A stretch of 64,000 nucleotides of DNA from Minisyncoccota bacterium (GTDB lineage: Bacteria > Patescibacteriota > Minisyncoccia > UBA6257 > 2-01-FULL-56-20), in the NCBI GenBank assembly GCA_041664245.1, contig JBAYLC010000002.1, positions 11,593 to 75,592 on the forward strand, read 5' to 3'. The position numbers were made by a program, and so were the translations under genes. Shown piece after piece: positions 1 to 8,503 of the stretch (the first letter of the stretch is position 1; every line of letters starts with the position of its first letter). The notes under the pieces are model-generated. The model saw only the letters and a program-made list of their open reading frames with translations, had not been told where the DNA came from and did no database searches.

Positions 1-79
1 CATCCTATTCTGTTTACTGATTGTAAAAATCTTGTAGAAGAACTAAATAAATTGGGAGTAAAATTGGTATAATCAGAGC

Positions 80-553
80 ATGGAAAAAGAACAAATTTGC
101 TGTCCGGAGTTTGATCTGGCGCCGTGGGACGATAAGGTTTTGGAGTGGAGTAGTAAAAAATTTATCAAAGATAAAGTTTTCACTTTGTTTTACATGCCGA
201 TGAATTTCGGTTCGGTGATTGTGAGAATGAATAAGAAGGTGGAAAAAGCCGGAATGAAAGTTCCGGATTGGATGTGTTTGTCGGATCACACTTCGAAGTG
301 GAATATGGATTTGTATTTGGCGGTTGATGGCGATGTTCCGGATTCTGAAAACGTGACAATGAGTGGAAAGTTTTTAAGTAAAGTTTACGAAGGGGGTTTT
401 GGGGAGACCGGTAAATGGTGTAATGATTTTGCGAATTACGCTAAGGCCAAAGGAATGGAAGTTCAAAAGATGTATATGTGGTACACCACTTGCCCGAAGT
501 GCGCGAAAAAATACGGCAAAAATTATGTGGTGATTGTGGCCAAGGTCGGGTAA
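80..553 (+). CDS. Conserved hypothetical protein, GyrI-like/'bacterial hydrolase' family
   Basis: 157 aa ORF with N-terminal CCP and C-terminal WYTTCPKCAKKYGKNYVV motifs; TATAAT 6 nt upstream of ATG. Confidence 0.6.
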   Translation: MEKEQICCPEFDLAPWDDKVLEWSSKKFIKDKVFTLFYMPMNFGSVIVRMNKKVEKAGMKVPDWMCLSDHTSKWNMDLYLAVDGDVPDSENVTMSGKFLSKVYEGGFGETGKWCNDFANYAKAKGMEVQKMYMWYTTCPKCAKKYGKNYVVIVAKVG

Positions 554-569
554 TTTAAAAAATAAAAAT

Positions 570-881
570 ATGCCAAAATTTTGTGAAGCGTGCGGGATGC
601 CGCTAAATAAAAAAGAAGATTTTGCCGGAGGCGACGAGAATTCTAAGTTTTGCCACTTTTGCGTTAACGCAGACGGCAGCGTGAAATCTTGCGAGGAAAT
701 TTTTGAGGGCGGGGTGCAATATTTTTTGGGGCAACTGGGAGATGACCGAATAACGGCAGAAAAGATGACCCGAAAAAATATGAGCAAGCAGCCGTATTGG
801 CAGGGGAAAGATTGTCCGGTTCTAAAGGGCGAGATGGCAACTGACGAAGAGTTTGCTGAGGTTTTAAAAAAATTAAATTAA
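570..881 (+). CDS. Putative zinc-ribbon domain protein
   Basis: FCEACGMPL and FCHFC CxxC pairs; ATG at 570 preferred over upstream GTG. Confidence 0.7.
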   Translation: MPKFCEACGMPLNKKEDFAGGDENSKFCHFCVNADGSVKSCEEIFEGGVQYFLGQLGDDRITAEKMTRKNMSKQPYWQGKDCPVLKGEMATDEEFAEVLKKLN

Positions 882-890
882 ATAAAAAAT

Positions 891-1073
891 ATGTGCGGAA
901 AAGATTTTCATAAACAAGGCGGGGGAGCGATCTACGGCATGGGTTTTATCGGCGCGGCGATATATTTCATTTCGACCGCGGCCGGTTTCTGGATGGGCGT
1001 TTTGGGGATTTTGAAAGCGATAGTTTGGCCAGCCTTTTTGGTTTACGAAGCGTTGAAGTTTTTAGCTTTATAA
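891..1073 (+). CDS. Small membrane protein
   Basis: 60 aa, two hydrophobic segments, operon-like spacing. Confidence 0.65.
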   Translation: MCGKDFHKQGGGAIYGMGFIGAAIYFISTAAGFWMGVLGILKAIVWPAFLVYEALKFLAL

Positions 1074-1469
1074 ATGGATACATCTGGTTGGTACCAAACT
1101 TTAATTAAGCCTTCGTGGGCGCCGCCGGCTTGGATTTTTGGGCCGGTGTGGACGGTGCTTTACGCGCTTATCGCTATTTCTTTTTGTTATGTCGGGTATT
1201 TATTTTTCAAGCGTAAAATTTCTCTGATTGTTCTTTTGCCGTTTATTTTGAATTTGGTTTTTAATTTTTCTTTTACCTATTTCCAATTTGGACTAAAAAA
1301 TAATTTTCTGGCGGCGATTGATATTCTGCTTGTTTTGGGCACGCTTATTTGGGCGATGGTTGCGATAAAACCCCACGCCAAGTGGGTGGCGCTAATGAAT
1401 ATTCCATATTTGCTTTGGGTGGGGTTCGCAACGGTACTGCAACTTACGGTAACTTACTTGAATTTATAG
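1074..1469 (+). CDS. tspO: TspO/MBR family tryptophan-rich sensory protein
   Basis: WYQTLIKPSWAPPAWIFGPVWTVLY and PYLLWVGFA motifs. Confidence 0.9.
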   Translation: MDTSGWYQTLIKPSWAPPAWIFGPVWTVLYALIAISFCYVGYLFFKRKISLIVLLPFILNLVFNFSFTYFQFGLKNNFLAAIDILLVLGTLIWAMVAIKPHAKWVALMNIPYLLWVGFATVLQLTVTYLNL

Positions 1470-1502
1470 AAGTTTTTGGCGGCGTAGATTGAATTGCAGA
1501 AA

Positions 1503-1541
1503 AAAACAAAACACGGAAAGAATCTTTCCGTGTTTTGTTTT
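1503..1541. terminator. Bidirectional intrinsic terminator
   Basis: Inverted repeat AAAACAAAACACGGAAAGA/TCTTTCCGTGTTTTGTTTT between convergent genes. Confidence 0.8.
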
Positions 1542-1579
1542 AATGTTTCGGTTTTGAAATTAAACCCTCACAGTTTAAT

Positions 1580-2377
1580 TTAGAATCCGAACAAACGGCT
1601 AAAGAAATTTCCGATAGAGCCAAAGAAACCGGAATGTGATTTTGGGGTGTCGGATTTTTCGCTAGAAACGGCTGGCGGAATTCCGCTATCGATAATCGAA
1701 GAAGCGGTAATGGATGTGCCATTGATTGTGCCTTGGACCACGAGATTGTCGCCAACGACGACACTAGAAATTGTGGTCGTGGCGTTTTTCTTTACAATCG
1801 TGGCGTTCACAGCATTAACTGTATAAACGATATTGCTTTTATTGGTTACGGTTAAAGTCGTACCGCTTATAGCGCTCACACTGCCGCCGATTACTGGTTG
1901 GCCGTTTCCTTGGATCAATGGAGTTTTCGGCATTTTTGGCGATTTGTCGTTTTCTGGTTTTCCAGATCCGTCGCGGATAATGGTGGCAATTATGTTGGTG
2001 CCAGTTATTGTTCCTTGCGCCATGATGTTGTCGCCGACAGCGATACTAGAAACGGTGGAAGTGGTGTTGCCCTTAGTCACCTTGGCGTTTGAGGCATCAA
2101 CGGTGTAGGTGGTGGCGGTTCCGGCGCTACCATCTTTGTTCGATCGGGCTTTGCCGGTAATTGTTAGGGTTGAGCCATTGATAGCCGTAACAGTTCCGGA
2201 AATGCCGGGAACTTTAGGCATTTGGCCGTTTTTCCGGCCCATGCCCATCTCGAATCCAGGTTTTGGCGTTTGGTTCTGGTTTGTTTCGGCAAAAGCCGGA
2301 GTGATAAGAGCGAAACCGAGGAAAAGGGCGGCTATTGCTATTAACGAAGAATATTTTTTCATAGATAAATTGAACAT
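1580..2377 (-). CDS. Secreted protein with two DUF5666-like (OB-fold-like) repeats
   Basis: Signal peptide (..PAFA|E); two GTVTAINGSTLT..YTVDASNA..VGDN repeats. Confidence 0.7.
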   Translation of the reverse strand: MFNLSMKKYSSLIAIAALFLGFALITPAFAETNQNQTPKPGFEMGMGRKNGQMPKVPGISGTVTAINGSTLTITGKARSNKDGSAGTATTYTVDASNAKVTKGNTTSTVSSIAVGDNIMAQGTITGTNIIATIIRDGSGKPENDKSPKMPKTPLIQGNGQPVIGGSVSAISGTTLTVTNKSNIVYTVNAVNATIVKKNATTTISSVVVGDNLVVQGTINGTSITASSIIDSGIPPAVSSEKSDTPKSHSGFFGSIGNFFSRLFGF

Positions 2378-2513
2378 ATTATTAGGGGACCGGCTCGACC
2401 AGGCCGATCTATATAGTATTACGCTTTGACTGGCTATTTAGTTGCATAGTTACGGATTACCTTGGTAGATTTGGTCAAGATGCGTTTTTTGTTGGTATAA
2501 TGAAAGGGAAAAT

Positions 2514-2867
2514 ATGGATATATATAGTATTGAAGAACTAACTAGAAAGATTATTAATTTTCGAGATGCACGAGATTGGAAGCAATTTCATAATCCGAAA
2601 GACGTGGCGTTGTCGCTGGTTTTGGAAGCTGGTGAAGTAATGGAGCATTTTCAGTGGAAATCAAAGGAGGAAGTTGAGGTTTATGTGAAGGAACATAAGG
2701 ATGAAATAGGGGAGGAACTGGCCGATGTTTTGTACTGGGTTTTGCTTTTGTCCCACGATTTAGATATCGATCCGCTTGAAGCTTTGAATAAAAAAATAGA
2801 AAAGAATGAAAATAAATATCCAGTTGAAAAGGCAAAAGGTAGGCATACGAAATATACCGATCTGTAA
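2514..2867 (+). CDS. MazG-like nucleotide pyrophosphohydrolase (RS21-C6/dCTPase type)
   Basis: RDWKQFHNPKD, EAGE..E, EELADV, KIEKNENKYP motifs. Confidence 0.9.
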   Translation: MDIYSIEELTRKIINFRDARDWKQFHNPKDVALSLVLEAGEVMEHFQWKSKEEVEVYVKEHKDEIGEELADVLYWVLLLSHDLDIDPLEALNKKIEKNENKYPVEKAKGRHTKYTDL

Positions 2868-2872
2868 AATAT

Positions 2873-4753
2873 ATGCGCTTATATTCCGGACCAGTAAGAG
2901 ATTTTATCGACGATGTCTTGAATAATCGGATTGGCGAAAAATTAAGTCGAGTCTTCGAGGATTATTATGGTCACCGCGTTGGTTATTCTGAACTGACTTC
3001 GTGGAATAATTCACTACGTTTTTTGAAAGATGTTATAGGTGAAAATCAGTTATTCGATAATGCGATTGCAATAGAGTATGAATTGCCTTATTCGACAAAA
3101 AGGATTGACGCAATACTTTTTGGTAAAAATAATTTTGGAATTTCTAATGTTGTGATTTTGGAGTTAAAGCAATGGTCAAGAGTGGAAGATTCGGAAATTG
3201 AAGACAATATAGTGACATTCACTGGGGGGGCTAATCGAATGGAGCCACACCCATCGTTACAGGTTCGTGGTTACCATTTTCTTCTAAGCGATTTTTTGAA
3301 GTTGTTCCAAGAAAAGGATACTGCGCTCTATTCATGTGTTTATTGTCATAATTATCAGCGAGAGGAAGGAGCAATTCTTTTTGAAAAAAAATTTGATCAC
3401 CTCACAAAAGATTTTCCTATTTTTGGCAAAAATGATTTTCGAGAAATTGGAGATTACCTAAAAAAAAGACTTTCAAACGGTGGGGGATTAGAAATCTTGA
3501 ATCGTTTTATTAATAGTCCTATTGGGCCATCAAAAAAATTACTTGAGCACACACGATCAACAATAGATGGGAACCCCGCTTTTAATTTAGTTGATGAACA
3601 GATAACTGCATATAACGCTATTGTTGATCGTATCAAAAAAGTAGCGAAACTTAAGAAAAAAACAGTTATTATTGTTCGTGGTGGACCTGGAACAGGCAAA
3701 TCAGTTATTGCTCTAAATGCATTAGCGGAAGTTTTATCAAAAGGCCAAAAAGTTTATCATGCAACTGGATCAGCGGCTTTCACATCAACTCTTCGGAGGC
3801 TTGTTGGCGTTCGTGCTGCTGCATTTTTTAAATATTTTAATAGTTTTACGAAAGCCAAGGAAAACGAAATAGATGTATTGATAATGGACGAGGCGCATCG
3901 CATAAGAAAAACTTCAAATTCGAGATATACAAAAAAGACTGAAAGAAGCGATACGCCGCAAATTGAAGAATTATTGAAGGTTGCTAAGATATGTGTTTTC
4001 TTTATTGATGATTTTCAAGCAGTACGACCGGATGAAATAGGGAGTTCGGGTTTAATTATTGAGTCGGCTAAAAAATTTGATTCCGATTTATATGATTTTG
4101 AGTTAAAAACGCAATTTCGTTGTTCTGGTTCTGACGGATATTTAAATTGGGTTGATGACATCTTAAATATTCGTTATACCGCTAATCATATTTTATCTTC
4201 AAACGAAAAAATGGATTTTCGTATTTTCGATTCTCCACATATATTATATGAAGCAATTAAATATAAAAATCTTGAGAAGCCTAATTCTGCGAGGATGGTG
4301 GCTGGGTTTTGTTGGCCCTGGAGTAACACAAAATCAGACGGCACGTTAGTGGAGGATGTTGTGATTGATGATTTTAAGATGACTTGGGAGGCAAAAAATG
4401 ATACTAGAAAAATTGCCTCTGGCGTTGTTCGAGCGAATGATTGGGCACGAGACCCAAACGGAGTCGATCAGATGGGTAGTATCTATACAATTCAAGGATT
4501 TGAGTTTGATTATGTTGGTGTTATTTTTGGTAAAGACCTTATATATGATTCAGAAAAAAAGATGTGGATTGGACAAAAATCAGAGTCGTGTGATTCGAAG
4601 GTTAAGAGAGAATCTAAAACAGAGGAAGAATTTACAAAATATATAAAAAATGTGTATAGGGTTCTTCTTACTAGAGGAATGAAGGGTTGCTATATGTATT
4701 TTTTAGATAAAGAAACTGAGAGATTTTTTAGAAGTAGAATAGAAGCGAAATAG
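2873..4753 (+). CDS. DUF2075 (Schlafen group 3-like) SF1 helicase with N-terminal PD-(D/E)xK-like nuclease domain
   Basis: RIDAIL..ILELKQW nuclease-like motif; Walker A GGPGTGKS; DEAH; QFRC; TIQGFEFDYVGV; NVYRVLLTRG. Confidence 0.88.
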   Translation: MRLYSGPVRDFIDDVLNNRIGEKLSRVFEDYYGHRVGYSELTSWNNSLRFLKDVIGENQLFDNAIAIEYELPYSTKRIDAILFGKNNFGISNVVILELKQWSRVEDSEIEDNIVTFTGGANRMEPHPSLQVRGYHFLLSDFLKLFQEKDTALYSCVYCHNYQREEGAILFEKKFDHLTKDFPIFGKNDFREIGDYLKKRLSNGGGLEILNRFINSPIGPSKKLLEHTRSTIDGNPAFNLVDEQITAYNAIVDRIKKVAKLKKKTVIIVRGGPGTGKSVIALNALAEVLSKGQKVYHATGSAAFTSTLRRLVGVRAAAFFKYFNSFTKAKENEIDVLIMDEAHRIRKTSNSRYTKKTERSDTPQIEELLKVAKICVFFIDDFQAVRPDEIGSSGLIIESAKKFDSDLYDFELKTQFRCSGSDGYLNWVDDILNIRYTANHILSSNEKMDFRIFDSPHILYEAIKYKNLEKPNSARMVAGFCWPWSNTKSDGTLVEDVVIDDFKMTWEAKNDTRKIASGVVRANDWARDPNGVDQMGSIYTIQGFEFDYVGVIFGKDLIYDSEKKMWIGQKSESCDSKVKRESKTEEEFTKYIKNVYRVLLTRGMKGCYMYFLDKETERFFRSRIEAK

Positions 4754-4765
4754 ATCAGAAAAACA

Positions 4766-4796
4766 AAAAACCACCCCCGAAGCGGGGGTAGTTTTT
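4766..4796. terminator. Bidirectional intrinsic terminator
   Basis: AAAAACCACCCCCG-AAG-CGGGGGTAGTTTTT between convergent genes. Confidence 0.75.
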
Positions 4797-4807
4797 GAAT
4801 CTGCGTT

Positions 4808-5005
4808 TTAGACGCGGGTTACGTTGGTGGCGCTGGGGCCTTTTTCTCCTTCCACAACTTCAAAGCTGACGGTGTCGCCGACTTTGAGTTCGTCGTAGGT
4901 CACTCCTTTTAACTCATTTGAGTGAAAGAAAAGATCCTTCGCTTCGCCTTCGCGGGAAATGAATCCAAATCCCTTTTCGGTTAGCGTTTTGATTGTTCCT
5001 GTCAT
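4808..5005 (-). CDS. csp: Cold-shock domain protein
   Basis: KGFGFI, DLFFHS and KGPSATNV motifs, 65 aa. Confidence 0.95.
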   Translation of the reverse strand: MTGTIKTLTEKGFGFISREGEAKDLFFHSNELKGVTYDELKVGDTVSFEVVEGEKGPSATNVTRV

Positions 5006-5167
5006 TTTATTTTTTAATTGCTTTTTTCCAATAGAAACTCGACCCGATCTCTTTGTACCGTTACAACTTACAGTTTTCTAGGGGAGAAGTCAATTGAGAG
5101 GGGAAAGAATAGAGAATAAAGAATTATGAATAGTGATTTCTGGCCGTTATTTTTGTAGAATAGGAAA

Positions 5168-6562
5168 ATGGCTGATCATTACGGGGAGAGGGAATTAAAA
5201 GAGCTGCCGAATCCGCCGCATTGGACCAAGACAATCGGCGTTGGGATTGTGACGATGGGACTGGCGATTGGAACTGGCGAGTTGATTATGTGGCCGCACT
5301 TGGTTACAAAATACGGTTTAGGCATACTTTGGACGGCGCTTTTGGGTTTAACATTTCAATACTTTATTAACCAAGAAGTTTCGCGGCACGCTTTGGCGAC
5401 GGGGGAGAGTTTTTTTACTTCTTCTTCGCGAATTTTTAAATGGTTCGCGCCTTTTTGGCTTTTGTCGGCGGTGTTGCTCTATGTTTGGCCGGGATGGGCG
5501 GCGGCGATTGGAACAACTCTAAAAGAACTTTTCGGTTTTGGAAGTTATCTTTGGTGGGCGGTGATTAGCCTTTTTGTGGTGGTGATTTTAACTTTTGTCG
5601 GAAAAGTGGCTTATACGATTTTAGAGAAAACTTTAAAGATCGTGGTACCGATATTTTTTGTCCTCTTGGTTATCTCCAGCACCTTTACTCTTACGTGGAA
5701 TGATTTACGAGAACTTTTAGGCGGAATTTTAAATTTTGGGCATCTGCCGACCGGTATCGACATGAAAGTTCTTTTGGGGGCGATAGTTTTTGCCGGCGCG
5801 GGCGGGCTTTTAAATCTGTGCGTTTCGCTTTGGTACCGGGATAAGCAAGTGGGAATGGCAAAGTATGTCGGCCGGATTATTAATCCGATTACCGGAAAAG
5901 TGGAGTCGGTTTCTTACAAGGGTTACTCGTTTGATGTTAATAAAGAAAATATGGGGCGGTGGAAGAAGTGGATGAAGTTTGTGCGGATTGACCAAGGAGT
6001 GATTTTTTGGTTTTTGGGTTTTATTACTTTAGCTTTGCTTAGCGTGAACGCCTACGCGGTTTTGAGGCCATTGAATTTGGTTCCGGAGGGATTAGCGGTG
6101 GCGGTGGTTCAGGCAAATATATTTGGGCAAAATTGGGGAGCGTTTGGATTTAATTTGTTTTTAATAATGGCATTCCTCATGTTGTTCTCGGTGATGTGGA
6201 CGGTGATCGATGCTTTTACCAGAATAGTTTCCGATATTATTTTTATAAATTCCCGGGTGGGGCCTTTTGCAAAGCATTTGGGGTTTTTCAAAAAAATGTC
6301 GCTTAGCCATTTGTACTACGGCTCGGTGCTGGCGGTGGTTTTTCTGGGGATTTTGCTTTTGCCCCTGAAGCAACCGCTGGCGCTGCTCACGATAAGCGCG
6401 GTTTTGGGCGGGCTCACGATGATGGTTTATATTCCGGTTTTAATATATCTAAACAATTTTAAGCTGAATAAACTTCTGCGGCCCGGCATTTTTACTAACG
6501 TAATGATGGGGCTGGCGTTTTTGTTTTATTTTTATTTCTGTTTTTATATTATTTTTCTTTAG
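5168..6562 (+). CDS. NRAMP-like/APC-superfamily membrane transporter
   Basis: 464 aa multi-TM protein; GLAIGTGELIMWP and ATGES motifs. Confidence 0.7.
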   Translation: MADHYGERELKELPNPPHWTKTIGVGIVTMGLAIGTGELIMWPHLVTKYGLGILWTALLGLTFQYFINQEVSRHALATGESFFTSSSRIFKWFAPFWLLSAVLLYVWPGWAAAIGTTLKELFGFGSYLWWAVISLFVVVILTFVGKVAYTILEKTLKIVVPIFFVLLVISSTFTLTWNDLRELLGGILNFGHLPTGIDMKVLLGAIVFAGAGGLLNLCVSLWYRDKQVGMAKYVGRIINPITGKVESVSYKGYSFDVNKENMGRWKKWMKFVRIDQGVIFWFLGFITLALLSVNAYAVLRPLNLVPEGLAVAVVQANIFGQNWGAFGFNLFLIMAFLMLFSVMWTVIDAFTRIVSDIIFINSRVGPFAKHLGFFKKMSLSHLYYGSVLAVVFLGILLLPLKQPLALLTISAVLGGLTMMVYIPVLIYLNNFKLNKLLRPGIFTNVMMGLAFLFYFYFCFYIIFL

Positions 6563-6639
6563 GGTGGAAATTTCCTTGACATGGTTGGTATAATGAAAAG
6601 GAAAGTAAGCGCTACTTAATTGAGGAAGGAGGTGGTTCT

Positions 6640-6699
6640 ATGCATTCCTGCAGGCGTTGGTTGATTCGACCGGTGGCTCATTGCACTGGTGGCTGCTAA
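6640..6699 (+). CDS. Putative 19-aa micropeptide MHSCRRWLIRPVAHCTGGC
   Basis: TGGTATAAT promoter at 6586-6594, GGAGGTGG SD just before ATG, terminator directly after TAA. Confidence 0.45.
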   Translation: MHSCRRWLIRPVAHCTGGC

Positions 6700-6703
6700 G
6701 TTT

Positions 6704-6737
6704 GGGTGGGGGATTAAGTTCTCCCGCCCCCTTTTTT
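6704..6737 (+). terminator. Intrinsic terminator
   Basis: GGGTGGGGGA..TCTCCCGCCC hairpin followed by T6. Confidence 0.7.
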
Positions 6738-6835
6738 ATTCAATTTGAACTAGTTTTCGCGGTGTTTGATTTTTTTTGCTGTTTTATTAGTATTATGCGT
6801 AGCGACCTATTTAAAGGAGAGGAGGTGAGAATTCC

Positions 6836-7048
6836 TTGAGTAGGATAAAAATCAGGTTTTCCGATGGGGATTTCCAGAAGTCTAGTCTCTCGAAGCATAG
6901 TAAAAAGCTGTGCGTTGAGGTTGCGATTAAGCCAGAGGCGGTTGGGGTTCGAGATTCAAAAGATCAAAGGAAGACCGTCTTGAAGTTCACGCGGGCAGAA
7001 TGGAAGGCTTTTGTCGCCGGCGTTAAGGCTGGAGAGTTTGACGTTTGA
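6836..7048 (+). CDS. DUF397 domain protein
   Basis: FQKSSLS..CVEVA..VGVRDSK..LKFT..EWKAFVAGVKAGEF matches DUF397 consensus; TTG start with AGGAGG SD. Confidence 0.85.
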   Translation: MSRIKIRFSDGDFQKSSLSKHSKKLCVEVAIKPEAVGVRDSKDQRKTVLKFTRAEWKAFVAGVKAGEFDV

Positions 7049-7090
7049 TCCGCTTGGAATAGCGAACATCGAGAAAACTGATAATGCGGT

Positions 7091-7120
7091 GGGGTGGATC
7101 GTTATAGTCCACCCCTTTTT
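7091..7120 (+). terminator. Intrinsic terminator
   Basis: GGGGTGGA/TCCACCCC hairpin + T5. Confidence 0.75.
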
Positions 7121-7138
7121 ATTCAATTTGGAGACCTG

Positions 7139-7253
7139 TTTACCCCGTTAGACCTTGAGAAATCTTCGTTTTAGATAAGGAGGGAGATTAAGAGTTCCAA
7201 AAATATAGACTGGGAGATTTTCGTTTTTAGGACCAAGATCTAACGGGGTTTAC
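7139..7253. repeat. Palindromic mini-element (MITE/REP-like) flanked by TTTAC direct repeats
   Basis: Inverted repeats ACCCCGTTAGA (7142-7152) / TCTAACGGGGT (7239-7249); TTTAC at 7139-7143 and 7249-7253. Confidence 0.6.
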
Positions 7254-7312
7254 TCTAGGGGAGGAAATGTACTATAATACCTAGGTCGAAAATAAAGTCG
7301 CAAATTTCAAAA

Positions 7313-7570
7313 ATGCCAGGAAAAGCTAATTCGGCTTTCATGAAGCCGATGAATCTTAGCGAGGAATTGGAGGCGGTGGTCGGAAAGGGTCCAATGCCAA
7401 GGTCTGAAGTAGTAAAAGGGCTTTGGGTTTACATTAAGAAGCACGACCTTCAAGATCCTAAGAATAAGCGGAATATCAACGCTGACGAGAAGTTAAAGTT
7501 GGTGTTCGGCGGTAAAGCGACGGTTAATATGTTTGAAATGACGAAGCTCGTTTCAAAGCATCTTACCTAA
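7313..7570 (+). CDS. Stand-alone SWIB/MDM2 domain protein
   Basis: MPRSEVVKGLWVYIKKHDLQDPKNKRNINADEKL motif. Confidence 0.92.
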   Translation: MPGKANSAFMKPMNLSEELEAVVGKGPMPRSEVVKGLWVYIKKHDLQDPKNKRNINADEKLKLVFGGKATVNMFEMTKLVSKHLT

Positions 7571-7683
7571 GTAAATGTTTTAAAAATCTCCCCCATAAGC
7601 GGGGGGAGGTTTTTAATTTGGAGATTGTTTTTGAAAATCGCCAAAAGGGCGGTTTTTTGATAGGCTTAGAAAACAAAACAACA

Positions 7684-8412
7684 ATGCCATACAAAGGAAC
7701 TTATAAGAAAGAAGCGAATGACGCTTATCAGATCAGCCGGAGCGGAATTGAAAATTATATCAATTGCCAGCGGTGTTTTTATTTGGATAAAAGATTAGGG
7801 GTAAAACAGCCGCCAGGATATCCGTTTAGTTTAAACGCGGCGGTGGACCATCTTTTGAAAAAAGAATTTGATATTCATCGGGCTAAAGGCAGTCAGCATC
7901 CGCTCATGAAAAAGTATGGCATTGACGCGGTGCCGTTTGACCACGAGAAGATGGGGACGTGGCGGGAGAATTTTCAAGGTGTGCAGTTCTATCACGAGAA
8001 AACAAATCTTAATGTTACCGGCGCGGTGGACGACATTTGGGTTGATCCGAAAGGCGAGTTGATGGTGGTTGATTACAAAGCGACGGCAAAAAACGACGAA
8101 GTGAATTTAGACGCCGAGTGGCAGATGGGCTACAAGCGACAGATGGAAGTTTACCAGTGGCTACTTCGAAAAAATGATTTTAAAGTTTCTGATACCGGCT
8201 ATTTTGTTTATTGCAACGGAAAAAAAGATAGGGAAGCGTTTGATGGCAAGCTGGAGTTTGATATAAAGGTTATTCCTTATACGGGGAGCGACGAGTGGAT
8301 TGAAGAGACGCTCGTGAATATCAAAAAACTTTTGAATACGGAAAAAGTTCCGGATTTTACGCCGGAGTGCGAGTATTGCAGTTATCAACGGAAGGTGCAG
8401 AAGCTTAGGTAG
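7684..8412 (+). CDS. PD-(D/E)XK (RecB/Cas4-like) nuclease family protein
   Basis: GAVDD..VVDYK, QMEVYQWLL; Cys at N-terminus (CQRC) and C-terminus (CEYC). Confidence 0.85.
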   Translation: MPYKGTYKKEANDAYQISRSGIENYINCQRCFYLDKRLGVKQPPGYPFSLNAAVDHLLKKEFDIHRAKGSQHPLMKKYGIDAVPFDHEKMGTWRENFQGVQFYHEKTNLNVTGAVDDIWVDPKGELMVVDYKATAKNDEVNLDAEWQMGYKRQMEVYQWLLRKNDFKVSDTGYFVYCNGKKDREAFDGKLEFDIKVIPYTGSDEWIEETLVNIKKLLNTEKVPDFTPECEYCSYQRKVQKLR

Positions 8413-8503
8413 AGAATTGACAGAGATTGTTTTCCATGCCTTAATTCAGGCTGGAATTTTTCAACTCAATAAACGTTAGAATAAGGAAAGGAGGTGAGCT
8501 CAC

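Noticed and set aside
6576-6594. TTGACA..TATAAT as a canonical -35/-10 pair
   Set aside because: The spacer is only 7 nt, so only the extended -10 is credited.
6657-6839. 60-aa ORF in the track
   Set aside because: It reads through a terminator and the next promoter; the SD supports the 6640 peptide instead.
7684-8412. Cas4-like nuclease as evidence of CRISPR-Cas
   Set aside because: No repeat-spacer array or other cas genes seen; treated as a solo PD-(D/E)XK nuclease.
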